Source: Eledone cirrhosa (lineage: Eukaryota). From it: a stretch of DNA of 64,000 nt. Position numbers and translations under genes: made by a program. The notes beneath the pieces are model-generated. The model was not told the DNA's origin. It did not search any database and saw only the letters and a program-made list of their open reading frames with translations. Below are positions 41,600 to 54,183 of the stretch, piece after piece (within the stretch, counting starts at the first letter, position 1; the number at the start of each line of letters is the position of its first letter). The stretch lies in assembly GCA_964016885.1 (NCBI GenBank), contig OZ024752.1, positions 16,306,001 through 16,370,000 of the forward strand, read 5' to 3'.

Positions 41600-43733
41600 T
41601 CTATCTATATATTACTAAAAGTCTGTGATTGCTTGCTTGCTTGTCTTTAATGTAATACGGGCAAAAGGGCGCATAACGGGAAAATATTTTGAAAGGAAGT
41701 TGCCCCTGAAATGAGAATACAAATAGAATAAAACAAGATTCGCGTAAATCGAAGGACGGGTTCCCGAAACATGGTAGTTTTCCGGGTACCTTCATAAATA
41801 GCCAAAACGGTGCATAATGGAAAAATACTCCGAAAGTAACATAACCCTGCAAACCTTCATAAATAGCCAAAACAGTGTATAATGGCAAAATACTCCGAAA
41901 GTAAAATAACTCTGAAATGGGAATACAAACGGAATAAAACAAGTTTGGCGTAAATCGGACATAGACAATATTTTCATTATTCAAAAATATTTTTAAGTGA
42001 ATAAAATTTTTAAAATATATTGAAACATTTTTTTTCAGTGATTTGTCAGTGAATATGATTTCAAAACATACAAGTTGTTTGTACTTTAAGTATCTATATT
42101 TCAGCTTTCTTTAAACAGACGATATTTTAATTATTAAAAAAAACAACATTTTAAGTGAATATGACTGAAAAATACGAGTTGTTTTACAGTAAATGTTTAT
42201 ATTTTTATATAAGTATGTATACGTAAATACATATATATATTCAGACGTACAGTAGTATGTATATATATATACATACATGCACACATATATATATGTACGT
42301 ATGGATTCACCAAATATTTATTATAATGCTCGGTGTGTTTGTAAACAAACATCCCATATTAAGCCGTAGTGTCTAGCAACCACCGTTGCTCGTTTGTTCA
42401 ACACTGACAAAGGAACGCTGTACTAGTTTCAAGCTTGTTAGCTATCGTCAGCAACGTATACCTTCCTGCCAGATAGTGTGAACGTCCGAAAGTATATACT
42501 TTCCTTATGCATATTAACGGCTGAGTAGCCCAATTTGCATATCGAGTGGGTTAATCGGCCGGGTGCACTGAAGACGATAAACGGAAAAAATGAAACGACA
42601 TTTCCTTTCCCACTCTTAGTATGGCTGTTACTTAAATATAAGTATGTATACGTACAGTAGTATGTATATATATATATATACATACATGCAGGAATGTATA
42701 CGTTGCTGACGATAGCTAATAAGCTTGAAACTAGTACAGCGTTCCTTTGTCAGTGTTGAACAAACGAGCAACGGTGGTTGCTAGACACTACGGCTTAATA
42801 CGGGATGTTTGTTTACAAACACACCGAGCATTATAATAAATGTTTGGTGAATCCATACGTACATATATATATGTGTGCATGTATGTATATATATATATAC
42901 ATACTACTGTACGTCTGTATACATATATGTATGTACGTATACATACTTATATTTAAGTAACAGCCATACTAAGAGTGGGAAAGGAAATGTCGTTTCATTT
43001 TTTCCGTTTATCGTCTTCAGTGCACCCGGCCGATTAACCCACTCGATATGCAAATTGGGCTACTCAGCCGTTAATATGCATAAGGAAAGTATATACTTTC
43101 GGACGTTCAACTATCTGGCAGGAAGGTATACGTTGCTGACGATAGCTAACAAGCTTGAAACTAGTACAGCGTTCCTTTGTCAGTGTTGAACAAACGAGCA
43201 ACGGTGGTTGCTAGACACTACGGCTTAATACGGGATGTTTGTTTACAAACACACCGAGCATTATAATAAATATTTGGTGAATCCATACGTACATATATAT
43301 ATATGTGTGCATGTATGAATATATATATACATACTACTGTACGTCTGTATACATATATGTATGTACGTGTACATACTTATATTTATGTAACAGCCGTACT
43401 AAGAGTGGGAATTGAAATTTCGTTTCATTTTTTCCGTTTATATTTTTGTTTTTGTTAAATAGAATATTTAAGTGAATGTGATTTCGAAAATGCAAGTTGT
43501 TGGTACAGTAAGTATTTATATTTTAACTTTCTTTACACAGACAATATTTTAATTTTTTTTAATTATTTTTAAGTGAATACGATTAAAAAGATATGTTTTG
43601 ACATATTCAAAAAATATTCTTAAGTGAGAATGACCTTTAGTTTCATTTTACATTATATACATATCTATGTATATTTTGATTATTTAAACATCATTTTTAA
43701 GAGAACGTGACCCAGCAGGTCACGGGTGGCTAG
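41600..43733 (+). mobile_element. Non-autonomous Helitron 1, containing the retrozyme insertion
   Basis: A|TCTATCTATATATTACTAAAAG start; 3' hairpin CGTGACC-cagca-GGTCACG then CTAG at 43730-43733; internal subrepeats. Confidence 0.85.
42207..43441. mobile_element. Hammerhead retrozyme-like element, locus 2: inverted monomer (42207-42690, minus) plus ~1.75 head-to-tail 430-bp monomers (42690-43441, plus)
   Basis: HHRs at 42416-42456 (-), 42701-42741 (+), 43131-43171 (+): CGTTG-CTGACGA-TAGCT aata AGCTT-GAAA-CTAG-TA-CAGCG. Flanking GTTTATATTTTT at 42195 and 43436. Confidence 0.9.
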
Positions 43734-44633
<900 letters not shown>

Positions 44634-44679
44634 TATTATATAGAAATGGAACAAATACAGCAGACCAATTTAACCAACG

Positions 44680-45215
44680 CTCAAATCCTTTCTTTTTCGT
44701 TTCGCCTACTTATTCTTCAGAGGGTCTTGGAGGCAGGGTCCTCAAACACTGCTTCCAGTGGGTCGAGTCAGAAGCAACCGTCTCCAACTGATCTGGCTGG
44801 ATACCCAAGCGTGACCATCCAAGCTCATGGATGTTATCCAACCATCTTGCTCAGGGTCTGCCCCTGGGTCTCCTGTCGGTTGTTTTTGCCCATAAAATCA
44901 GTCCAATCATTCTTTCCGGAGACATTCTAACCACCTGTCCATAGTATCGGAGCTGTGATCTCTCAATTCAGAGAAGTAGCGGCTCTACTTGGAGTGACTC
45001 TCTGATCTCTGAACTACACACTATCTGTCCAACGATTCTTTCCGGAGACATTCTAACCACCTGTCCATAGTATCGGAGCTGTGATCTCTCAATTCAGAGA
45101 AATAGCGGCTCTACCTGAAGTGACTCTCTGATCTCCGAACTACACACTATCTGTCCAACGATTCTTTCCGGAGACATTCAAACCACATGCCCATAGTATC
45201 GGATCTGTGACCTCT
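44680..45215 (-). mobile_element. RTE/Expander-like 3' fragment with a 126-bp tandem triplication at its 5' end
   Basis: Homologous to 38215-38530; GGAGACATTC at 44918, 45044 and 45170. Confidence 0.85.
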
Positions 45216-45474
45216 TAATCCCACCGAGGTAAATGTTGTCCTTCATGTTTCCAGATCGATAAGATAGGTATCTGTCTGGCTCAATGAAATCTAGTATACT
45301 TCCCCCCCCCCCCCTCGACCCCAAATGTGTAACTGTATATACCTAAATTGGAAATGAAATCAATCTCTTTCTTATTCACCTTGTCACCTTATATGTAAAC
45401 TTATTTATGTCAGACCTATGATAACTCGTCCAGGCTTTCAACACACACATACATCTGCACACGTCCAAGCCCGT

Positions 45475-45548
<74 letters not shown>

Positions 45549-45677
45549 GACATTCTCTCATCATAAAGTCAATATAATTACTTAAATAGTTTTTATTATT
45601 CAAACGTTTACTCATTTCCTAACAAAACTTCGATTTGCTATATTAATCCACAAAGTTCAGAAGAATCCAATGCCTAT

Positions 45678-46186
45678 TGGTGGATTGGCAGTATCGGTAG
45701 AGGGTCGGACGCCATGCTTTCCAGCATAGTTACGTCCCTTTACGATCTGAGTTCAAATCCCGCCAAGGTTGACTTTGCCTTTCATCCTTACGGGGTCGAT
45801 AAAATAAAGTACCAGTAATGCACTGGGTAATTGCTGGCCTTGTGCCTAAAATAGAAACAATTATTAGATAACAAATTGCTAAGAGTTAAATAATTGTTTC
45901 TACTTTTGGCACAAGGTCAGCAATTATCCCAGTGTATTACTGGTACTTTATTTTAACGACACTCGTAAGAATGAAAGGCAAAGTTAACCTCGGCGGGATT
46001 TGAACTGAGACAATAAAGAGCCGTAACTCTTTGCTGCAAAAGATGGCGTCCGACCCTATTCCGATACTACCAATCCACCGCTAAGAGTTAATTAATTGTT
46101 TCTAATTTAGGCACAAGCCCAGCAATTAACCAGTACATTACTGGTACTTTATTTTATCGACCCCGTAAGGATGAAAGGCAAAGTTA
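45678..46186. mobile_element. SINE family A copies (45678-45864 +, 45890-46081 -, 46093-46186 - interrupted by Gypsy)
   Basis: Shared core. Confidence 0.9.
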
Positions 46187-46210
46187 TTAGTTGTAGATGT
46201 TATTGAGAAG

Positions 46211-46432
46211 GCAGTATTAGTTGTAGATGTTATCGAGATACGAGTGACATAATAACAGCAGAAATTCGAGATGAAATATACGTTTATTTTTTGATGTAGC
46301 ACAAACAATGTTGTTGTACAGAGGCTGGTATCTGGCGTGTGATCAGTCGGCTTTCCAGTGGCTGTCTGTCTTTTCTTCCTGGCGTTCTCAACCGGCGTTG
46401 TTCTATCAAGGAGCGTGAGGCGTCTTACTACA
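46211..46432 (-). repeat. Gypsy 3' LTR with damaged outer terminus
   Basis: Starts TGTAGTAAG on minus; matches 51452-51673. Confidence 0.95.
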
Positions 46433-46665
46433 GTACCTCGAGCCAGATTTTCAAATTATTGAAAATCGATGTCATTACTCACATGTGGAGTAAGATGGTG
46501 AACAATGCAACAAGGGGGAGCTATCCGCTCTAGCAAAATTTGAATCCATAATAAGGATTTGAAAAATGTTAAAAAAAAAAAAAAAAGCGACATGCGTGCA
46601 TAAAAAAAACAAGGCAAAGAAAAAGCAGAAACACAGAGGCAAAAAAAAGGTGCAGCTAACATAGT

Positions 46666-49600
46666 CTAAATATAGACGGTGCTGCAAAGTTTTTGGGGCC
46701 AGTGAACCCTACGACCTGAACGGGTCGTGGTCTTGTAACGTGGCGATGGTGGTGGTGTAGGGACAGGCGATGATGGTGGTTCAGGAACAGTCGTTCGCTC
46801 AACAGGCAAATACGAAGGGGTTCGTGGATCAGGAACCACAGCGTCCGTATCAAGGTGCGCCTGCTTAAGCCTGTCTAATGTAACTGTCACCCTGGACCCC
46901 TTAATATCTAACGTGAAATGCTTAGCCGAGCGCGCTAAGACACGGTAAGGTCCAGTGTAAGGCTGTGTGAGCGGGGGCTTCACCGTATCATTCCTTACAA
47001 AGACATGCGTCCACGAGGCAATATCCCTCGGGACAGCAGTCTTGACAGTTTGTTTCCTAGTGTCCATTGGCGGCAAATCCTGGAAATAGGAGCGCAAACG
47101 GGACACGTAGGAGGCGTGATCTTGGGCATCAAGATCGATAGGGGCAAGCATTTGCCCGGGCAACGTCAGAGGGGCACCGTACAGTACTTCGGCCGGTGAA
47201 AATCCAAAGTCAACCTTCACCGTTGACCGAATCCCTAGTAGCACAATAGGGAAGTACTCGCTCCAATGCGCCGAGTCCATTGAGGCCATTAAGGAGGCCT
47301 TCAGTTGGCGGTGAAAACGCTCCACCATACCATTCGAAGCGGGATGGTATGCCGTAGTTCGAATGCGTTTAGCACCAATTATTTTTGACAGCTCGAGGAA
47401 AAGGCTCGACTCGAACTGTCGTCCACGGTCGGTAGTTATTGTGGATGGAACTCCATAACGAGAGATCCATCCAGACACAAGAGCACGTGCTGTTGTCTCC
47501 GCGGTGATGTTTTTCAAGGGGATGGCCTCAGGCCATCTCGAAAAACGGTCAATGACGGTAAGTAGATAAGAAAAACCATCGCTGACAGGCCAAGGTCCCA
47601 CTATGTCAATATGAATATGCGAAAAACGCGCATCTGGGTTAGCAAAGGTACCCAGGGAAGCCTTGACGTGTCGATGGACCTTTGATCTCTGGCAAGCGAC
47701 GCAGGAACGGCACCAAGCAGCAATTTCACGCCTCATATTTGGCCAGAAAAATCTAGCTGATATGAGCTTTGCTGTGGCAGAAGATCCTGGATGCGAGATA
47801 CAATGTAATCCCAGAAACACGGTCCGACGATGATTCTCTGGAACGAAGGGCCTAGGCACGTCCAAAGAGACGTCGCAGAGAATTTGGCCAACTGCAGTCG
47901 ACAGAGGCAAGTATTTCATCTCGCAATTCACAAACTCGGGCGATGTGACATCCAGTGACTCAAGGGGAGGCTGATCCGCAGCCAAACGAGTCAGATCTAT
48001 GTCAGAGGGTGACGAGATCGCTGTCACGGGTAAGCGGGACAAAGCATCGGCCGCTGTATTTAGTGAACCCGGAATGTGCTGGATATCACTCGTATATTGC
48101 GAGATGAAATCAAGGTGTCTCGTCTCTCTGGGCGAGTATTTATCAGCCTTCGCTCTCAAAGCAAAAGTCAATGGTTTATGGTCAGTGAGGATAGTAAATT
48201 GTCTACCCTCTAGCACATGTGAAAAATGTTTCACGGCCAAATAGATGGCTAAAAGCTCTCTTCCAAAGGTGCTGTAGCGCGTCTCAGCAGGATTTAGCTT
48301 TTTGGAAAAAAACTCCAGCGGTTGCTGGTAACCATTGATGTTTTGCTGTAGTACTGCGCCCACAGCGATATCCGATGCATCAACACAAAGCGTTAGCTTT
48401 GCACCGGGTACCGGGTGAGTCAGTAACGAAGCATTAGCCAAAACAGTTTTGGCGTGCTGAAAATCAGCAAGTTGAGTGTCTGTCAAAGAAATATCTTTGT
48501 TCTTCCTCCGACAATTTTTCAAAATTTCTGTCAGGGAGAAAAGCAACTTGGCACAATTTGGCACGAAACGCCTATAAAAGTTAACCAGACCTAAGAACTG
48601 GCGTAACTGACGTAGTGAGGTCGGTGGAGGCAAATCCTCTATGACCTTAACTCGCTCAGGCGGGGGTCGAATTCCGTCAGCATCGATGACGTGACCCAAG
48701 AAAGTCAGTGACTCAGCACCAAAAACACATTTGGGTGAATTAAGCTGCACGTTATACGCCTTCAATCGGCGGAAAAGAAGATTCAAATGGTGCGTATGCT
48801 GCTCAGGAGAAGAACTAGCAATGAGCAGGTCGTCAATATAGGTATAGACGAAATCGAGGCCGCGAGTAACCTCATCCATAAACCGCTGAAAAGTACTAGC
48901 GGCATTCCTTAATCCGAACGGCCTAGTCAAAAACTCGAAAGACCCAAATGGCGTAACTATAGCCGTTTTTGGAATGTCATTTTTATGGACAGGAATTTGA
49001 TGGTACGCACGAATTAAATCCAGTTTGGAGAATATCTTGCATCCCTGCAACGAAGACGCAAAGTCTTGCAGATGAGGGATAGGATAACGGTCCGGTACCG
49101 TTATCGAATTCAGGCGTCGATAATCTCCAGTAGGTCTCCAATCGCCATTCGCTTTCGGTACCATGTGTAATGGGGACGCCCACGGGCTCGTGGACGGACG
49201 AATAATCCCCATTTGCAGCATATGATCAAATTCTGATCGTGCTGCTTTGAGTTTGTCCGGAGGCAAGCGACGAGGGCGAGAGAAAACGGGATCACCAGTT
49301 GTAGATATGAAGTGCTCCGTGGTATGAGTAGGTTCATCAAATCGAAAATTCCCCTGTGTCAGTTGCGGGAACGAGTTCAACAACGCATCGAAAGGATCAC
49401 CGGTGTTAGCAAGAAAAAATATCGGGCTAACCGTTGGAACTCCCGCTGCCTTGCCAACAACAGTTAATCCCGTGATGCCATCAATTAGGCGTTTACCACG
49501 AAGGTCCACCGTCAATGAAAAATGGTGGAGAAAATCCGCGCCTAGAATCGGATACGGCAAGGCAGCGACAGTAAATATCCATTTAAACTCGCGCCGCAGA

Positions 49601-49860
49601 TTACGAAACTGCAAAGGTAACGATATTTGTCCGAAAGTTCGAATCGGCGAACAATTTACTGCCTGCAACTCAATAGGCGTCTCAGGGGGAGTCTCCTTCA
49701 TACAACACACAGGCCATACGGAACAAGCTGCACCTGTGTCAACCAGAAAAGCTCTACCTGACAGCAGGTCCTCAATGAAAAAGTGGCGGTTAGATGTTGT
49801 TTCGCAGAGCGCACTATCCGCCGTTAGTGACTCTGGTCGTCTTTTCCCTCGTAAGTACAA
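46666..49860 (-). CDS. pol: Gypsy Pol polyprotein (PR-RT-RNase H-IN), open frame of 1064 aa
   Basis: [72 protein letters not shown]. Confidence 0.97.
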   Translation of the reverse strand: MYLRGKRRPESLTADSALCETTSNRHFFIEDLLSGRAFLVDTGAACSVWPVCCMKETPPETPIELQAVNCSPIRTFGQISLPLQFRNLRREFKWIFTVAALPYPILGADFLHHFSLTVDLRGKRLIDGITGLTVVGKAAGVPTVSPIFFLANTGDPFDALLNSFPQLTQGNFRFDEPTHTTEHFISTTGDPVFSRPRRLPPDKLKAARSEFDHMLQMGIIRPSTSPWASPLHMVPKANGDWRPTGDYRRLNSITVPDRYPIPHLQDFASSLQGCKIFSKLDLIRAYHQIPVHKNDIPKTAIVTPFGSFEFLTRPFGLRNAASTFQRFMDEVTRGLDFVYTYIDDLLIASSSPEQHTHHLNLLFRRLKAYNVQLNSPKCVFGAESLTFLGHVIDADGIRPPPERVKVIEDLPPPTSLRQLRQFLGLVNFYRRFVPNCAKLLFSLTEILKNCRRKNKDISLTDTQLADFQHAKTVLANASLLTHPVPGAKLTLCVDASDIAVGAVLQQNINGYQQPLEFFSKKLNPAETRYSTFGRELLAIYLAVKHFSHVLEGRQFTILTDHKPLTFALRAKADKYSPRETRHLDFISQYTSDIQHIPGSLNTAADALSRLPVTAISSPSDIDLTRLAADQPPLESLDVTSPEFVNCEMKYLPLSTAVGQILCDVSLDVPRPFVPENHRRTVFLGLHCISHPGSSATAKLISARFFWPNMRREIAAWCRSCVACQRSKVHRHVKASLGTFANPDARFSHIHIDIVGPWPVSDGFSYLLTVIDRFSRWPEAIPLKNITAETTARALVSGWISRYGVPSTITTDRGRQFESSLFLELSKIIGAKRIRTTAYHPASNGMVERFHRQLKASLMASMDSAHWSEYFPIVLLGIRSTVKVDFGFSPAEVLYGAPLTLPGQMLAPIDLDAQDHASYVSRLRSYFQDLPPMDTRKQTVKTAVPRDIASWTHVFVRNDTVKPPLTQPYTGPYRVLARSAKHFTLDIKGSRVTVTLDRLKQAHLDTDAVVPDPRTPSYLPVERTTVPEPPSSPVPTPPPSPRYKTTTRSGRRVHWPQKLCSTVYI

Positions 49861-50590
49861 GGAGGCCTACAACGGGCAGCTTTTTTACCATATCTTTCAT
49901 GGTAATAACAATATGTTGTTCCTGGTGTGTTGGAAGGGCTACGGTGGCGAGAAGTTGAATAACGTCGTGAGCGGCTCCTCTGCCGTCCAAAGGACCTGAA
50001 TTCCGTGCACAACTCCGCCATTTGACGAGTCATGGCTTCCATAGTGGTGATTAATTTGTCATCAGACGCTGACGAGCGTGATTGAGGAAGAGAAGAGGAA
50101 GCAACGTACTTTGGCTTCGAAGTGTCTCTCTTCGTCACCTCTACAATTTTGTCAGCAGAGACAGCAATGTGATCCAGGGTATTCACCTCTAGCATCGCCT
50201 GTACCTCTTGAGGTAGGCGAGAGAAGAACAATTGCTTCAGGAAAGGGCTATCCTGATCTTGGGAATCGCTCAAATCCCGCAAATGCCGGAGAAAAGCGGT
50301 AGGGGTCCTGTCACCTAATCGTTCGTCCTCGATCAATGACCGAAAACGACTCTCTACCGACTTACAATTCCTCCTCAAAATCTCGCCCTTCAAAAACTCA
50401 TACGTCAAGTCAGAGGGGGGGGGTCTGTAATTAGGTCTTGGACCGAATCTGCTAGATTAGGGGGAAGGCCGCTAATCAGTACAGCGAGGCGCTGGTCAGA
50501 TTCGGTCTTACAGACCGTAAAATACGCCTGTAACTGGGCAAACCACATCTTAGGTTTTCCAGTAAAGGCGGGCAAATGTGGTACATTCAT
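49824..50590 (-). CDS. gag: Gypsy Gag, with one frameshift in a 9-nt homopolymer at 50415-50423
   Basis: [40 protein letters not shown]. Overlaps pol at a GGGAAAA heptamer. Confidence 0.9.
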
Positions 50591-51433
50591 GTCAACTTTT
50601 AAAATTAAAACAAATATATATACCTATATATCGAAAGAGCAATTAATGCACCCTTGTACAGTGAAAAGAGAACAGCCAATATTGAGAAAAAGTTAAAGGG
50701 CAAAAAGAAACAGACATTCAAAACATAAGGAAATATGCAAAATACATAAAATACAGATATATATCTTTCAAAAAAAATGTTTCCTTCAACGTCTGTCCCC
50801 TCGCGTTGCCTCAACGAACCAGCCAAATCAAATAGGTAAAAAAAAAAAAGGAAGAAAAAAAATGTTTTTTTTTTTTTTTAAAATATATCCGCGTTGGATA
50901 TCAACAAAGGTAGCCAGTGGCTAAAAATCCCTTAGAAAAAGGTAAGGCATGTATATCCCCATGCGGGGCAGTTATGTTCACAAAAACAAGTTTAGTCTCT
51001 TCTCTCTTGATCAGTCATGGAACACATACGCAATTCAAAAAATGTGTCCGTTACAAAACTGGGAAGGAACGCAACGCCACCTTGGAAAAATACACTTTTT
51101 TCTTTTTTCTTCTGTAAGTGAATAAAAAAAAGTTGCTCTAAATTATCGACACGAATGAATCGTTTTGATATTTCCGATGTGTGGTGGTTTGCGTCGGTAA
51201 GGCTATGAAGCTGCCACTCACTATTCCCTGTTTTGGTCAGTGGTTAAACAATGTTGTCGCTGCTGCTGCTGTCGTTGTTGTTGTCGAGTGTAGCAAAAAG
51301 TTTCTTGAAATACTACTAACTTTTCGATAATTTTAAATGGAATATTTTTTATTTTCACAAGTTGCGAAAAAAAGGCCGACAATGTGGCAATAAAAGTTCA
51401 ATTGATGAAAAAGAAGGGCTGCGTTAAATTCTT

Positions 51434-51446
51434 ACGTCGGTCACCA
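51434..51446 (-). promoter_or_regulatory. Primer binding site, tRNA-Trp-like
   Basis: TGGTGACCGACGT, 1 nt after the LTR; compare TGGTGACCCCGACGT (complement of the tRNA-Trp 3' end), 2 nt shorter. Confidence 0.7.
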
Positions 51447-51447
51447 C

Positions 51448-51673
51448 TTTAGCAGTATTAGTTGTAGATGTTATCGAGATACGAGTGACATAATAACAGC
51501 AGAAATTCGAGATAAAATATACGTTTATTTTTTGATGTAGCACAAATAATGGTGTTGTACAGAGGCTGGTATCTGGCGTGTGATCCGTCGGCTTTCCAGT
51601 GGCTGTCTGTCTTTTCTTCCTGGCGTTCTCAACCGGCGTTGTTCTATCAAGGAGCGTGAGGCGTCTTACTACA
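51448..51673 (-). repeat. Gypsy 5' LTR (226 bp, TGTAG...CTAAA)
   Basis: Direct repeat of 46211-46432. Confidence 0.95.
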
Positions 51674-52183
51674 AGTACATTACTGGTACTTTATTTTATC
51701 GACCCCGTAAGGATGAAAGGCAAAGTTAACCTCGGCCGGATTTGAACTCAGATCGTAAAGGGACGTAACTATGCTGGAAAGCATGTCCGACCCTCTACCG
51801 ATATTGTCAGTTCAAATAATTGTTACTACTTTTGGCACAAGGCCAACAATTACCCAGTGTATTACTGGTACTTTATTTTATCGACCCCGTAAGGATGAAA
51901 GGCAAAGTTAACCTCGGCCGGATTTGAACTCAGATCGTAAAGGGACGTAACTATGCTGGAAAGCATGTCCGACCCTCTACCGATATTGTCAGTTCAAATA
52001 ATTGTTACTACTTTTGGCACAAGGCCAACAATTACCCAGTGTATTACTGGTACTTTATTTTATCGACCCCGTAAGGATGAAAGACAAAGTTAACCTCGGC
52101 GGGATTTGAACTCAGAATGGAAAGGGCTGTAACACTTTGCGTCAAAGCATGGCGTCCGACACTCTACCGTTACTGCCAATCCA
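51674..52183 (-). mobile_element. Three tandem SINE family A copies
   Basis: Period ~182 bp; near-identical duplicated block. Confidence 0.9.
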
Positions 52184-52359
52184 GTTTATTTCTACTCTGC
52201 AATATGTTGCTGAAAACACGCCGCAGCTAAGTGTTTCGTCCGTGAAAATACATTGTATAAATAAGATTTTCAACTGAAATTTATATTTTACAATAATTTG
52301 CATATATAATGATGTTTTCAAGTATTTATTTGTAAATATCTGGGCTGCTGTTCATATAG

Positions 52360-52850
52360 TATGTGTGTGTGCGTGTGTGTGTATTAAAGAAGAGAAAGAG
52401 AGAAAGTGTGTGTGTGTGTGTGAAAGAGAGAGAGTGTGTGTCTGTAAAAGGGAGAGAGAGTGTGTGTGTGGGGGTGTGAAAGAGAGAGAGCGTGTGTGTG
52501 CGTGTGTGTGAAAGAGAGAGAAAGAGTGTGTGTGTGTGTGTGAAAGAGAGAAAGAGGGCGTGTGTAAAAGTAAAAGTGTGTGCGTGTGTATGTGTGTGCA
52601 TGCGTGTATGTGTGTGCGCCTGTGTGCATGTGCGTGCGTGTGTGGGAGTGTGCGCGTGTGTGTGCGCGCGAAAGGGGAAGAGTAAAAGAAAGAATGTCTT
52701 GTGTGTTTGTGTTTGTGTGTGTGCTTGTGTGTTTGTGTGTGTGTGTGTGTCTGTGTGTGTCTCTGTGTGTCCGTGTGTGTATGTGTATGTGTGTGTGTAT
52801 GTGTGTGTGTGTGTGCACGGGCTTGGACGTGTGCAGATGTATGTCTGTTG
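52360..52850. repeat. Complex (GT)n/(GA)n tract ending in a short dispersed repeat
   Basis: GTGCACGGGCTTGGACGTGTGCAGATGTATG at ~52812 is also present, inverted, at ~45447-45478. Confidence 0.8.
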
Positions 52851-53219
52851 TTACTGAAATAAATTTAAATAAATATTTTTAAAATATCTAGCAAATCAAA
52901 ATTAATTGTATATATTTTAGGAAATTTTGTAGTGGGACTTAAATTGAAATATTAATTAAGTGTGCAGAATGTCCAATAAAATGGCGGTCAGCTATTAATT
53001 TTCTCTCGTATTTTAGCAAACGTAAATAAGATGAGAAATTCAAGGAAACATTGAAAATATTCAGCTAGAAACATTTCTGTTTAATTTCACTACTAATTAT
53101 CTTCTCAAATGATTGGAATTGTTGCTAGGAATATATATATATATAGCTCAGTATATCTGAAATATGTATAATGAAATATACTTTATCAGATGAATGTCTA
53201 TTTTTGTTAATATCTTGAA

Positions 53220-53272
<53 letters not shown>

Positions 53273-53277
<5 letters not shown>

Positions 53278-53480
53278 AACCAGTAAGACCCCGACAGCTG
53301 AGCTCAAGCCGTTTCGACGGCTAATTCTGGACGGCTAATTCAGTCCAGAATTAGACGTCGAAACGGCTTGAGCTCAGCTGTCGGGGTCTTACTGGTTCCT
53401 ATTACTCACTCTACTACCTCAAGTATTGAGTACTTTGGTGCGTTATGGTCCACCTGGTTCCTTACCACATTTCCTTCGTT
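53273..53480 (+). mobile_element. Foldback pLTR-like element: ~60-bp-arm hairpin plus tail, with the 3' half of a hammerhead
   Basis: Hairpin 53273-53402; GACGGCTAATT..AATTAGACGTC-GAAA-CGGC-TT-GAGC; (TA)n flanks. Confidence 0.8.
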
Positions 53481-53542
53481 ATATATATATATATATATTA
53501 ATTCAAAATATTAACAAAAATAGACATTCGTCTGATCAAGTA

Positions 53543-53609
53543 TATTTTATTATACATATTTCAGAGATATTGAGGTATCTTCAACAGTACGTCTTCATCA
53601 GATAAAATA
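53543..53609 (-). ncRNA. Type I hammerhead ribozyme (pLTR remnant; inverted partial copy at 53147-53225)
   Basis: TATTTTAT-CTGATGA-AGA..TGTTGA agatacc TCAATA..TCT-GAAA-TATGTA-TA-ATAAAATA; perfect 8-bp stem I. Confidence 0.8.
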
Positions 53610-53740
53610 AGATGATGCATGACATACCCTATTACAATCTATTGAAAAACACATTCTTTGATTTATTCATTGAACCTTTAAATATATATATATACAAACA
53701 TACATATATGTATATATATATGTATATATATATATATATA

Positions 53741-54152
53741 TGATATTAAATAAATGGAAACTATATTTATAAAACCATATTTATTTCGTTATATATATTT
53801 CAGGGATATCATATTAACAATATGTTATGCCATCTTCAGACAAAATACAATATAAACAGTCTTATAAATAAATAGATACGACATACCTTTCAATCACCTT
53901 GCATTTGGGAGGTTGATTTGGTAGTAAAAAATATTGTGGACAGTTGTAAAAAGAAAGAGATAAAGAGAGAAAGAAAGAGAAACGAAGAAAAAGAAGAAAT
54001 GCATGTGACTAAATAGAGGGATATAGAAAGATAGATAAAGAGAAGAACTTCATGTAAAGAAACAGAGAGAAATATATATAGAGAGAGGAAAAAAGAAAGA
54101 GATAGATAGAGATAGATAGAGAAATTTGGAAGTTGAGTATCGGTTGATACAT

Positions 54153-54183
<31 letters not shown>

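Larger units (their letters stand above)
46187..51673 (-). mobile_element. Ty3/Gypsy LTR retrotransposon, near intact
   Basis: Two LTRs differing at only a few positions; PBS, gag and pol present. Confidence 0.97.

Noticed and set aside
49403-49999. 198-aa antisense ORF in Gypsy
   Set aside because: Shadow frame of pol with no motif.
52326-52882. His/Thr- or Cys/Val-rich ORFs
   Set aside because: (GT)n/(CA)n microsatellite translations.
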